NCBI GenBank assembly: GCA_038087875.1
Contig: CM075996.1
Location: forward strand, 64,001-128,000
DNA length: 64,000 nt
Origin: Malacoraja senta
Lineage: Eukaryota
Direction: 5' to 3'
The position numbers were made by a program, and so were the translations under genes. This document shows, piece by piece, positions 37,801 through 50,900 of the stretch. A model generated the notes under the pieces. That model was not told where the DNA came from. It ran no database searches and saw only the letters and a program-made list of their open reading frames with translations. How positions within the stretch are numbered: position 1 is the stretch's first letter; each line of letters starts with the position of its first letter.

Positions 37801-39684
37801 CTGTTGAAGAGAAGCAAATGAACAAAACCTTCAGACCCTGGAACAAAATATAGGGAAATCAAGATGACATGCGAGCGGTTTGGAAATAATTCATGCTACA
37901 TTTGTGCATAGTCCTGGTTGCACAAGAAGCATGCCAGGAAGAAAGAATTGGAGAAGGGTCAGAGCGTTACTCGGATTCCAGAAATTAGAGTTTAAACAAC
38001 TTCTTGTATCTTCAGGAATTTAGGTTAACGGGTAATTTGATTAAGTCCCGAAGATCTAACGGGGCACTGATGGTGCTGGTTGGAGAGTGAAAATTAGAGC
38101 CAAGCTTTACAGGGCAAAGATAAAAAATATATACATTTGGACCTCTTTCATGGACTATCGATGTTAGTTTAATTGCAACTTTTAATTCTCAGATTGATAG
38201 CTTATAACTAAATATATTAAAGGGAATGGGAAAGGTGGGTCAACAGTTCAGTCACAGTTCGGCCATTATTGAATAGGTTTGTGCAGCTCAGTTGCATCAT
38301 AAGTGTGAAGAATGGGCAGATGTGTGGCAAATGTAGCTTCACACCACCTACATATTTATTTTATGTGGGACAACAAAATACTCAAGCATAAATATTTTTT
38401 AAGGCAAATCTAATGTATTTTTCGGAAAGAAAGTTAGTGAAGGGTGATTCATAATAGGAGGGAGATTAACGAGAACAAAATCCTCATTTGATACAAGGAG
38501 GATTCAAATAATGTCCAGAGCACTGGCAAAATGTCACAGTTGGCAAAAGAAGAAGAATGGGCAACCCATTATGGAAACCATATTAAAGCAATGGAAAAAA
38601 AAGTAGTTTAGATTCACTGGATTCATACCAAGCGTCAACATTTTGGTCATAGGTACCTTGCAATAGTACCCAGCTTCCCAAAGTCTTTCACAAGGTACTA
38701 ATAAGGAGCCTTTCACTTGTTTGTTTGAGGGCAGCTCCAACAACACAAAGTTGAACACCATCCAGGAAAGCAGACTCTTGATTGGTATCTCACCCACCAA
38801 CCTAAACATGCAGTCTCTCTACTGCCAGCACACAATGGTTGTAGTGTATTCAGTCCACAAAATTGCACTGCAGTTACTCACCTAAGCTACTCCAACATCA
38901 CCTCCTAATTCAGTGACCTCTACTGCCAAGAAGGACAGAATAGCAGGCACAGGGAAAGACCATCAGCTAGCTGCAGGTTTCCCTTCAAGTACCATCCCGA
39001 CTCAGAACTACCCTTGCTACATTGTTGCTGGGCCTAAATCCTGGAATTACCTATCCATCAGCAGATGGGAGAAGCAGTGCAAGACTCATCCACACTTTTT
39101 CAAGGGGCAGTTAGAGATGGGCAATAATTACTGGCCTTGCCAGGATGCCAACATTCCAAAAGTAAATTAAAAATAAAATCAACAGTGAAGGCAATTCAAG
39201 GTATAAAAATGTGAAGCAGCAAATTCTTTCAGCATCATAAGGTTTCTGCAGCTGAGTTAGTCACATTGAAAGAGGGAATTTAACAAATGTCACTGTATAC
39301 AACAGTAGAGAAATTTGCATGGGGTGAGAGTTGAGACTACCATGGAGCTAGGACCATGAGCCAAATGCTCTCCATATAAGAAAGACTAAATTTATATTCA
39401 TTGACAAGTGTCCTTAACTTTACCACAAATAAGATGTCACTTTTCATGACAAATATTAGAATGTTTGATGGCTCGCTATACCTTCACGGTTGGGCAGGCA
39501 ATAGAAATAAATTAAATATTGGGTGTACAGTCTTCAGATGGGCCATAAATGCCAAGAAGAGATTGATGCTCCTACCCTCAGGACCTTGACTGCTTGTAAT
39601 AATTCGTGACCAGTGCAGGTTTTTAAAGAATCAGGTTCAGGAATATGGCCAGAGCCATAGTAACACCAAAACAGAAAGCATCAC

Positions 39685-39941
39685 CTGTGTGCTCACCATT
39701 GCCCTCTGCAAGTGGGGAGCCCCCAGCTGTGCGCCCACGGTCTTGAGGCACAGCTTTGTAGTGGGGCTGGACAGAGGAGAGGTGGCTGTCCTCTGGGTGG
39801 GCATCAGCATCACCTTGGCCAGGTTTCATGTTCTTTCGTCGACGTGGCTGGTACTTGTAATCAGGGTGGTCTTTCTTATGCTGGGATCGCAGTCGTTCTG
39901 CCTCTTCCACAAAGGGTCTTTTATCGTTCTCATTTAGTAAC
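39685..39941 (-). CDS. sox10: SOX10 coding exon 2 (second half of HMG box and linker)
   Basis: Acceptor TTTGCTGCAG|G completes the Arg codon. Encodes [37 protein letters not shown]...GNGEHT and ends ACA G|GTGATG (phase 1). 257 nt keeps the frame. Confidence 0.95.
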
Positions 39942-40159
39942 CTGCAGCAAACAGTGGAAAATAAATAGTTTTGAGGCTCTTCAAGTAAGGCACGGGAGAA
40001 TACCATTCAATACATTGTACATGCTGGCAATATGTTAGACTTGTCTCTTTTATCACATTTCACCTTGCTCTTTCCTATTACCACTGAAATTGTCTCTCCA
40101 AATACTTGTGCATGTTGAAACCATGAGGAACAAGTGGTTTACACTTTTAGCAATCAAAA

Positions 40160-40430
40160 TGTTCTGGTTTCAAATCCCACTCCTGAGGTTTGAGCACCAT
40201 AATCCAGGCTAACACTTCTAGGAGTGGTGAGGGAGCACTGTAACATTGGAGGCGAGACATTAAACTGAGGACTTTTCTAACCTCTCAGATGTTTTGTCAA
40301 AAATCCTACGGCTGCTATTCAAAGAGCAGGAGTTCGCCTCCAACTTTTTTGGGGGACAATAAGTGTCACGAATATTCTACAATAGTGATTTAGAATATGT
40401 TGAAATTTGATGTAGAAATGCAGGTCCTTT
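40160..40430 (+). mobile_element. Degraded DeuSINE (SacSINE1/AmnSINE1-like)
   Basis: TTGAGCACCATAATCCAGGCTAACACT..GAGGGAGCACTG..GAGACATTAAACTGAGG..CTATTCAAAGAGCAGGAGTT resembles the Deu-domain consensus as recalled. Similar copies at ~6040, 17210, 24060, 26330, 30810, 41110 and 53120. Confidence 0.55.
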
Positions 40431-42487
40431 GTTCCACTTTCACCGGCCTTTCAGTTAGTAGACTTCACTGACACCATCATCCTCTTCACCCTCTGTCTCC
40501 ACTACCCCCCCCCCCCCAGTTATATTGTGTAAATAAAAGACAGGACTCCTTCAGTAAGAGTAATATTCATGTTGTTCTTACAGATCAGTTTAAAATGGGT
40601 CCATTTTGATATTATAAATGAGGAGAAGCATTTGCCAATGGCAGGAGTTAGGAAATATACGGATTTAGGGAAACTGGCAGAAGAAACAGCCTGGAAGACG
40701 AAGAGAAATATTTTCATTCAACAAGTTGTAGTGATCTGAAATACATTGCAAGCAGTTGAATCGGAACTTGCAAAAGGGAACTTGGATAAATAACTGAAAA
40801 GAAAATAAACATGATTGTAGGGAAAGATCAGGAAAATGGGCTAAATTAAGGAGTTTTTTTAAATGGGGCAATTCCGACATGATGGGCTGAACAACCTTCT
40901 GTGATCCCAGTTATACAGTGCACCTCCCTTCTCTTTCAGAAAATGATTACTATTTTACATGCGCGCAACAAAGAAAATGCAGTGGGACAGACAGTTGTAA
41001 GAATTCAAGGACCAACTCTTCTGATTCCCATTAGTATCAAAGAGTAGGGTTGCAACCCGAACAAGAAGCAGGAGAATCTTTAATCTGAGCTGTGGCTCAC
41101 GTCAGAAGATGGCATGTTTAATTCACCACATGATACTGCACTGCTGGAGTGCCCTGCTCTGGAGGAGACACCAATCCAAGGCTCGGTTTGGTTGTAAATT
41201 AAATATTCTGGAGTGCCATTTTAAATAGCTGGGCAGTTCTCACTGTCCTGGCCAACTTTTATTCTTCAGCCAACTTCACTAGAAGGGGTTACCTAATCAT
41301 TCTATTTTTTGATCTTGCCGAGCATAAATTGAATGGTTCAATAGTTTCTTTACTATCACGTGTACCAATGTACAGTGAAATACCTTTTTTGCCTACAGCT
41401 CAGCAAGACTATCACCATACATAAGCACCATCCCTAGTCTGCAGCATTTCAAACATTAATACTGACTAGACTTAAAGAAATACTTCAGACAATTAATGCA
41501 AGCTGTCCTCCTAACTCAAACATTTAGCCTAGATTCAGGCCAGGCCTAGTACCCAAGACCATGGGTTGTAATTCAGACCAGGAGCACACCCAACAAGTTA
41601 CTCAGAATGATCTCATACACATTGGAATTAAGCATTATTAAAGCTACATAACCAAACTTCCTGAAACTGGGTGGGTTAGGCCAGCCCAGTTTTGCCTGGT
41701 AGACAATATAAACAGTGAGCTACATAGGAAGGTCTGTGTTATCCAAAAGGGCAATGTGGCTAATGCAAGGAACATGTTCATTTAGGAAATTTCACAAAAT
41801 AGTCTATTTATATCCACAAGAAGGTAGACACCTCCCACACTCACTGGAGTTTCTGAGATCCTCTAGGTGAGAGTGATAGCAAAACAACGACGAGGGCCCC
41901 AGAGTCCTCGTTCCATCAGATCCATCCTAGTTCCTTCTTACTCAGGAAGATTAACTTCACCATTTGGTATTTCCAACCTTTAAGAAGTCTCTCCCTCTCC
42001 GAGATGCAGACACCAGTGTCTCCCTTTACACTCTCCTGGAAATAAATAATGTACTGATTGGATTCTTGGTCTTTCTCTTGGGGAAATATCTGTACATTGA
42101 TAGCTGTCTCTCAGACCCTTTAATTCAGGAATTTACAATGCCATTAATAATTTAGCTAATGTACAAGTAAGCAACATTAAATCCAATTTTGATGCATGTG
42201 AGAACGATCCACGGGTTATTCAATGAGGAGAAACAACCAAGAGGAGAAGACGGGGTAAATAGGTGTGACAACAGTAGAGACAGGGAAGTTGTAAGAATGT
42301 TCTTAAAATGCTTAAGGAACTGCAGATTAGAGGAAGTGTACTGTGGTGGTTAAATAATCTGATAATTGAAACGAGACGAGAGAACGATAAAGGCGACCAA
42401 GAGTGGAGCGGAAACTATAACAGAGGACAGACCAACTCTTCACCTATGTACTTAGAATGATTTAAAAAGAAAAGCGATTTGTACAAT

Positions 42488-42721
42488 ACAGAGAGTGGTG
42501 AATCTGTGGAATTCTCTGCCACAGAAGGTAGTTGAGGCCAGTTCATTGGCTATATTTAAGAGGGAGTTAGATGTGGCCCTTGTGGCTAAAGGGATCAGGG
42601 GGTATGGAGAGAAGGCAGGGATGGGATACTGAGTTGGATGATCAGCCATGATCATATCAAATGGTGGTGCAGGCTCGAAGGGCCGAATGGCCTACTCCTG
42701 CACCTATTTTCTATGTTTCTA
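42488..42721 (+). mobile_element. CR1 LINE 3' fragment (sox10 intron, antisense)
   Basis: Matches the reverse complement of 50925-51150; tail CCTATTTTCTATGTTTCTA. Confidence 0.88.
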
Positions 42722-45700
42722 ATACCTTGCACAATCTGTCTCAAATTGCTTTACCATTAATAAAGTACATCTGAAATAGAATTTAGATGCATAGCAAGAT
42801 CCCATAAAATGTAAAGTGACAAACTGTTTCAATGACCTTGTCTAAATGATAAGTATCAGCCAAGGACACAAGGGAAGAACTCCCAAGAAATATTCTGCTG
42901 AGAGAGTGGATGGGGTCTTGGTTTAATATTGCATCCGAGTGCAAATCTCAGTTAGTACAGGCTCCAGGAGAATGGGCTGGATTATAGACAGGAGTATTTG
43001 GAGGAACTCAGTGATGTCTCTGGGAGGGGAGGGGTACGGTAAATGGTGGTCACTGAGAAGTTATCCCACCCAGTACTGGAAATCACAATATTTTTGTTTT
43101 GGAGATACAGAAAAAGGGCCAGGCACAAGAGGAACATTATGGTCACATGCCAATGATTTGTCCTTATGTTAAGCGTTCAATTTTCTGGACTTTTTTGCAC
43201 AGGATCAGTAAAGGCTACCAGAAGTTCTTGCATTTGGTCATCTGTTATCCTTCTGATTTTAGCCTTTAACTGCTTTCTTGAAGGGGTATTATTTACCCCT
43301 GAAATAACCCTAACATTTTGTGCTCTGCTTGGTTAGGAATATCCTCCACCCTGAGGAGTCATGCATCAAAAATAATATTGTTCGTTGTGTTCCCAAATTT
43401 AAAAATTCCAAACTAAAATTTCAGAGCGTAATTATTAATGTAGATGAGCAAAAGCTTTGCTGAGAACTAGCTTTCATGGATGTCTTGAAGGAGGAGAGTG
43501 CGCTAGATGGGTTTAGGGGACCTGTTGGCAAATTCCAAAAGTTAGGGCTCAGTCAGCTGAAGTTTCGGCTGCCGGCGGTGGAAGGTTTTAAAATCGGGGA
43601 TTGCTCAGAAGGCCAGAGGAATGCAAGAATTTTGGATTTTAAATCCAAAGGAGCCAGTGTTAAACCAACAGGGTGCTGGTAAGTTGGGCAAGACAAGTTA
43701 ACAAATGAATCACTGAGTGCAAGCAAAGCTTTTTTTTTGCCCAGACTCTGAGCCATTCCATTTTAAGTTATAAACTTTTCTAATACTATCCAAGATGTTA
43801 AAGAGAAGTGGGCACGTGAGAGAAAAATTGCATGTGTGCAGGAGTATGCCCAAGGGTGAGTGAGTGAGACCATGTCCGTGGATGCGCACAGGTGTGATTT
43901 TATCACAAGTGGTGCTGCCCCACTGTTGCTGGGCTCTCTGCTTTGATCTAACCATTCCACTGCTGAGGTCTGAGGGAGAATAAAAAAGAAAAGTTTTATT
44001 TGAATGATGTTCTTGCAAGGAGATCCGTGACCCTGAACTGGCGCCAGAGCCGAGAATTCTTATCCCATCACTCCTACACTCCTTTTCTCTGTAAATTAAT
44101 ATCAGCAAAAGTAGCCACTTTCTGACATATCCAAAATCTTTGAGACTACAACCAATAAAAATTACACTGACCTTTAACCCTTTCCTGCCTCCTGAAAATC
44201 AAAGTTTGACGGTCCCAATATCTCACTCTGACTCTTGTTACTAGAAGTTACAATTAAATTTGAAAATACAGGGGGAGGGATCAGTGAAAGGTGACCCTGA
44301 AGATTTTGCCTTTGGTTCACTTACATTGTAGGGGAATGGAATTTATTGTCCCTTTCTAGTCTGGGCCGTTATACGACTCTAGCCTCCATAAGCTGCTCTG
44401 AAATTATTAATTTAAATTATATCAGTACAATACATTGCAAATACTCAATTTCAATTTTGGACAAAATGGTGCTGGGTAGAGGTGTGAGTGCCCATACCAG
44501 AAGGACTGGAGCAGTTTAAGTTAACTCGTCATCACCTTCTCACTGGGTAAGTAGGGATGTTGGCTTTGCCACAATAGTTCACATCCTGACGAATACAAGA
44601 AAATAAATCCCCATCTACTCTCTGAGATACACTTTCGCTTCTTTGAATGTATACGCTAGACAGTGGGAGGATTTGTCCTGTGTCTAAGCAGCATTCCTGT
44701 GCCTTACTCTGAGATGACATTGAAGGCAAGGTTTTTTTTAATTTTTTAATCATGCCGGCACCCATATCTCCGTTGTTCTGGTCTCCCTCGCCTATCCCAC
44801 CTTCCACTGCTAAACCCACCCAGTCAACAGCTCCAACCAGTACCAGATGGAGTCAGTAAATGCATCAAATGCTCCCTCAATTTCTGGGTAAAAAGTAGGT
44901 GGTAAACAGTTGGCACAGAGTTCGCAAGCACAATCAGTAAAAAGTACATGGGGACTTTACCACAGACGGCAATATGTAAATGGCCATGAGTATATCTGTG
45001 TGTTGTAAATACCCACCAACACCTTAACAAATAACATGTATTCACAGATACAGGAACATTCGCAAAAAAACGGACACTAAACCACAACATCAGAATGTGG
45101 ACAAAAAGTGTGGTCAGAGTTAGGTTTAAGTACAAAAAGTAGAGAAGGTGGAAAAGTTCCAAGACCCAGGGTCTCAGCAGCTGAAGGCACAACTGTTAGC
45201 GGAAGAGTAGTGATGTTTGGTGATGATCAAGAATTCAAGTAACTCAAAGATCTCGGACTTGGATGAGTTCATGTTTATGGAGATTGGAATGTGGGATGGC
45301 AGCCAGGAGAATTCTGGAATAGTTTCGACTGGAGGTAACAAAGGCCTTCTCTCTAATTGGGGCTGAGGGAATTTTATTTGGGGGGGGGGGGAAATAAATC
45401 TTTTTTCGCTGTTGGACAGAATCACGTTGCCTGTAGATGAAATAAAGAACCCTTGTCAAAATTTACATTGGAGATTATATTGGCCTTTTGCAGTCTCACA
45501 ATTAGGCAATTGGTAAACCGCTTAGTTCCGCGTTCAATAATGTTCTGCTTAGGTCATCCACCTCTCCAATCCAGAATAAAACTCCCAGAATGAAAAAGAT
45601 GGAGAAGAAATGTGACTGCTGGATTAATGGGACTGGACTCCTTCTTTGCCCTAACACCCTCCCTCTTCCTGTGTACCTTTCCTGGTCACGCCCATCTCGC

Positions 45701-46469
45701 CACATGTACTTGGCCCATCCCAGCCAGGAGACACAAGGCAGCAATTCAATCCCTGACGACATCACCGACCGCGAGAGGTTTCAGGAATTGTCAGCACGAG
45801 CCAGAGATCGGATTTCTGTCTCCAGCTCGCTGCCAGACGCCAGTTGCACTTTCCCCGATTATAAATAGCTTCAAGTTTATTTTTCAACTGTAGGTTTCAT
45901 TTCACTGGTGAGCAATTCATATCCCACCCTAAAATCCCCCCCCCTTTTTTTTTTTTTACCCCTACCCTGTGGTTTTCTCTTGCAAATCAGGAAGCTGGGT
46001 GGTCATCTCCCTCTTCCTTCCACAGTGCAGGCCAATTCCCTGCCTGTTCCCAGGTGGGTAATTGGAGGGGGAAGGATAGGGAAGAGGTTGGCTGGTGGGT
46101 TAATGGCTGTTCCGAGAAGGTTAACTGGCTGGATTCCTTCACCTACCCCACAGGGAGGTATTTCGTTCACACTCTGCACCCCCACCCATCTCAACTGCTT
46201 TCCTCAGAACCATGCAACCTCATGAGAACCATACTACGGATGGCAACGAGAATTTAGTGACAGCTAGCAGTGCAGAGGTGAGAATTTGCTGCTTCATTGC
46301 AACACACTAGTGTGCCATTAGGCAGTTATTGTGAAACAAGTCTGCATTTTATACAGCATCTTTGCTGTTGAATGATATTCCCAGGTGTTTCAAAAGTAAT
46401 CAAACTAAAAAATAAGGTCAGAAATGCATTGGGAGATATTAAGGAAGAAAACCAAAAGCTGGATCAAAG

Positions 46470-46675
46470 CTAGACACAAAATGCTGGAGTTACTCAGTGG
46501 GACAGGCAGAATGTCCAGAGAGAAGGAATGGGTGTCGTTTCGGGTCGAGACTCTTCTTCCCGACCCGAAACGTCACCCATTTCTTCTCTCCAGAGATGCT
46601 GCCTGTCCCGCTGAGTTACGCCTGCATTTTGTGTCTACCTTCGATTTAAACCAGCAACTGCAGATCTTTCCTACA
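46470..46675. mobile_element. PLE-terminus-derived fold-back element in the large sox10 intron
   Basis: ~80-bp inverted arms centred near 46555 (..GTTTCGGGTCG../..CGACCCGAAAC..). Confidence 0.75.
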
Positions 46676-49173
46676 GCTGAATCAAAGAGTTGATTGTTAA
46701 GTGGTATCTTAAAGGGAGGCACATGTTTTTTGGGAGGGAATTATTGAGCTTTGGGGCCAGGCGGTAGAAGGCGTGGCCATTAATGAAGGAGCAATTAAAT
46801 TCTAAAACGATCAAGGGTGCAGAATTGAAGCAGAGATCTCAGAGGGCTGAAGATATTGAAATAGGGAGGGGCACGATAGTGGCAGATGCGAAAAGGATGA
46901 CAACTTTTAAATTGGTACATTGGTTAGCTTGGCACGATGCAATAGACGGACTGCACTTGGTGGCAAGTTAGGACACGAGCAGCAATTTTGGACAAGTTGG
47001 GGTTTCTGAAGTATGGAACATGGGAGGCCAGATGAGATGCAACGGACCTGTTGACTTGGAGAGACACTGCAGATCCGTCATGAGCAGAAAGAACAAACTT
47101 CTTCATATCTCAAGTAAGGAGCCAGCACCCGAACTGAACAAATGTGCCTTTTTTATTTTGAATTTTGAAATACCTTTCATAACTTCAAAGAGCTTTACAG
47201 CCAATGAAGTTCTGATGAAATGTAGGAAATACTGCAGCAATTTATTTTCTCAGGAACCAGCAATGTACTTTACAAGAGGATTGCTTGACGGTTAAGTATT
47301 GACAAGGACAGTATTCTCTGAATAATACAGCAAGATATTTTACCACTACAAAGGTGATAGATGGAATCTATCTAAAAGACACATCTCCAGCAACACAGCA
47401 CTCCCTCAGCACTACGCTGGGAATGGTAACTTAGTCAGTGGAGACAAATCTGCCAAGGAAGAGAACTAACCCTTGAACCATGGCTTACATCGTGTAGACA
47501 GCAGCACGTACAAATGAGGATAGAAAGGCAAGAGGGTAAAAGACCCTTAGATGATTGAACCAGTCGCAATCATTTGGTTCTTCGCTATCAGAATTGGCAG
47601 AACACCATGCAATACTCATCAAGAACTCTCAATGGATTTTTATCAGCCGAAATGTCAGATCAAAGGCAAAGACCTCCTCTGCATCAACAAGACCACCAGC
47701 TCCTCTGAGCACCTCCAATATGCACCGCTCAGTGTCCCGGGTCGAGGGAGCAAGCGGCCGAGTTTGTGGCTACTAGCACAAACCCTATGAAACCAGCCAC
47801 ACCACAACCTCCCAGTGTCCAAACAACCTTTATCTCCACTTGAAGCTGGAATCTTCCCCATCCACAACATCTGCTGCTAATGGAACATTACTCAAATGAG
47901 TTGGCATTGCCACCATTGAATTCACAACCAATTTATACAGAGTGATGGAACCAAGGGGTGATCTTCACCATGTCTTGCAGTATTCATTGTACTCATATCT
48001 TCAACACATTATCCACCTCTCCCTCATATCAAGCCTGTTTCTTAGCCGTTCTTTCTCTATATACAATTAAGTTTTTCTTGCGCTGACATTTCCATCTGTT
48101 ACTCTACCCTGTGCGTTTCGGACTACCTTCCCCCCCACCCCCACCCATCTCAGTATTCACGAATAATTTTCCGAATAATCTGCTCTTTCCTCTTCCTCGC
48201 ATCATTTTTTTTCTTCCGCACAGTCAAGGTCTTGTTATACTCCTTGCTCTCCCATACATTTCAAGTTCTGCCCATCTCTTTAACCCGCTCTGCCTACATA
48301 AATTTTGAACTTGTCATTTATCCAATGTCTCCAGATTCTCTGTTTCCCCATTCATCCTCTCCTATTTCTCCCTCATTCCTATCCATCGCTTTAATCATCT
48401 AATGCCCCCGTATCTCATTCGGTCCATCTTTAGTTATCTTTCTCATTTTGTCTCCCACACATCTAAATCCAAGCATTGAAAGCAAAGATTGTCACCAGAT
48501 CTTTTTCCTGACATTATGTCCCATTTCACCGTGGAAAGATTGTAAGGAGGGAATTTTCACAGCTTGAAAGAGACAAGAGCATTCACAACCAATAGCTTTT
48601 CCTACCAAGTACAGTACCATCCAGTGATTCAAATTAACTTGCAACTCTTTTGTCCAACTTATTTTATTGAACAGTAAGTAATTCTTTGACCAACCAGTTA
48701 AAACATTTAAAAACAGCAAGTCAACAGTTCTTGAAAAATGAATTAGCACACGCAGATATGCAAGAGAAAAAACCCAGGAATTGTAAGAGACATTTCTTTG
48801 TATCTTTGTATTTCCATCGTTTGCATCGTTTACATTTACATACCGGAGTCAGTAGATAGACCGACTGAATTTAAAGAATTCCGATAAAACCAGGCCGAAT
48901 ATTTTAACTCCTACTCCCCCTCCAAGTCATGGTTTTTACATATTTTATGTGCCTTAACAACATATAGCTGAAAAATATGATACTAAATCCAGAATTTAAA
49001 AAACCGTCATGAAAATAAGGGAAGATATTTATTATTGTAACAGTGCAACAAGTGCGTAATAGCGTCTGATTTTTAGTTGAGAGTTTGTTAATGATGGTGG
49101 ATCGGTGTGTTAAGTAAATTGCGATTCTCGGGGGGGACTGAGGGTTTGTTTTTATACACACTCAAGGACTCAC

Positions 49174-49565
49174 CTCCAGAGTTTGCCTAGTGTTTTGCTG
49201 AGCTCTGCATTGTGCAGATGTGGGTACTGATCTGCCAACTTTCTCCGTGCCGCCTGAGCCCATACCATGAAAGCATTCATGGGTCTCTTCACATGAGGTT
49301 TGCTCTTGGAGGATCCGTTGACTCTGACAGGCATGGGAACCAGAGTCCAGTCGTAGCCTTCCAAGACTTGGCTCACAGCCTCTCTGATGCACAGGGGAAA
49401 CTTGTCTTCCTCGCTCTCTCGCTTCCCACTCCCCTCCTCGTTGCCAGCCTGAAATTGAGACTTCTCTTCCCCATCCGCCGCAAAGGATGAGCTGGGGGAT
49501 AGGACCGAGTCACTCTCAGAGCCTCTCGGGCTAGCCACGTCTGATACACTGCGATCATCCGTCAT
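49174..49565 (-). CDS. sox10: SOX10 coding exon 1 (N-terminus, SoxE dimerisation domain, first half of HMG box)
   Basis: ATG at 49565 (A at -3). Encodes [77 protein letters not shown]. Ends TGG AG|GTGAGT (phase-2 donor at 49173), the conserved SoxE HMG intron. Confidence 0.97.
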
Positions 49566-49685
49566 TCTCTTTTTCCAATTTTCCCCCTCTCTTTAAAAAC
49601 AAAACCCGGAATTTTATGATTGCTAATGGTAAACAAAAATGAAACAATGATTGTTCGCTCTTCCAGGTTCACACACAAAAAAAGT
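49566..49685 (-). other. sox10: Predicted 5'UTR part of the ATG-containing sox10 exon, preceded by a 5'UTR intron
   Basis: Long minus-strand polypyrimidine tract ending ...CCCGTTCTGTGTGTCTGCAG| (AG at 49687-49686). No upstream ATG in the 120 nt. Mammalian and zebrafish sox10 have a non-coding first exon. Confidence 0.6.
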
Positions 49686-50055
49686 CTGCAGACACACAGA
49701 ACGGGAGTGGGGTGGTGGGGGGGGGGAAGAGAAAAAAAAAAGCGCTTTTTAAAGTTGTCAAACTTGTTTTTGCGAGTTAAGATTTGTCAAAGTTAGATCG
49801 TAACGTATCCACAAAATTCTCCGACAAAAAACTTCTCAGGAAAACTTTTTTTTTTTTTTTTTAAGTTTGTTTTCCCTGATTTACAGTGAGGCTTTTTTTT
49901 AAATTAAAAAAAAAAAAAAGGGTTTTGTTTAATTTACAAAAAAGAAAGCCGTGCAAATGATTCTGCTGCAGTAACTCTCCGCTCGGTTGGAGATCCGTGG
50001 TGTTTGCACAACTATACAACAAGCAAAGAAAAAATAATCAGCGCTGCTGTCTGAA

Positions 50056-50190
50056 ACTCACGTGAAATATGACCAAAGGAAACTTTGGAACACTCTGCGC
50101 CCTTCCTTTAAATATGATGCTCGACCCCACCGCGCAACTTCTCACTTCCATTGGCCAAACTCTCTGATAGACCTCTACATCCATTGGCTT
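50056..50190 (-). promoter_or_regulatory. Putative sox10 core promoter and short non-coding exon 1
   Basis: Minus-strand CCAAT boxes at 50187-50183 and 50154-50150, TATA-like TATTTAAA at 50114-50107, and candidate donor AC|GTGAGT (GT at 50061-50060) overlapping the palindromic E-box TCACGTGA (50058-50065). Confidence 0.55.
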
Positions 50191-50900
50191 CTCTCCCCCT
50201 GACTGGGAGGGACCCATGCCTGACTCCTCCCGTGGGATGAAAGGCGTTGATCTGGAGGAATTAGCAAAAAAAAGTTTTAAGGAAGCTTTGGGATTTAGGG
50301 AGAAAAAAACGAGAGTGAGAGAGAGAGAGAGAGAAATAAATATATGCCCAAAGCATGCAGTGCAAACATTTGTGACTTTTGGTATTTTAAAACTGTTTCT
50401 ATCAAGATCTGAACTATTAAGTCAGCAGGTGAATGCTGCTAATTGGATTTGAAGTGATCTTTTGGTCTGGTGCCCCCAGACCCAGTGTATTCTATAGTCC
50501 TTGGATCATCAACGCTTGAGGCAATCACAGCATGATCTCCATTCCTGCTCTTTTCTGGAACGTTAGATGGTTTAAAGGGGACTAAAGCTTTGGGAGATCT
50601 AACTTCAAGCCTGATATTTGCAATATATATTTGATGATAAGGCAAGGTTGGTGGGCACGATATCAGTACAAACTTTGTTATAGTCACAGATCGCAAGAGA
50701 TATAGAGCAGGGAAACATGCTCTTTGAGTCACTGAGTCTGTGCCTGCCATCAAGCACACATTTACACAAATCTAACTTCATTCCTATCAACTCCACACCA
50801 TTCTACCACTCACCTGCACTCTAGAAGCAATTTACAGTGACCAATTAACCATACCATTCAGCACTACAATGGGTTGTGCGAGGAAACCAGAGAAAAATCA

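Noticed and set aside
37801..37846. N-terminal extension of ORF 37094-37846 (and 39942-40006, 39623-39684 of the exon 2 ORF)
   Set aside because: Intronic read-through beyond clear splice sites.
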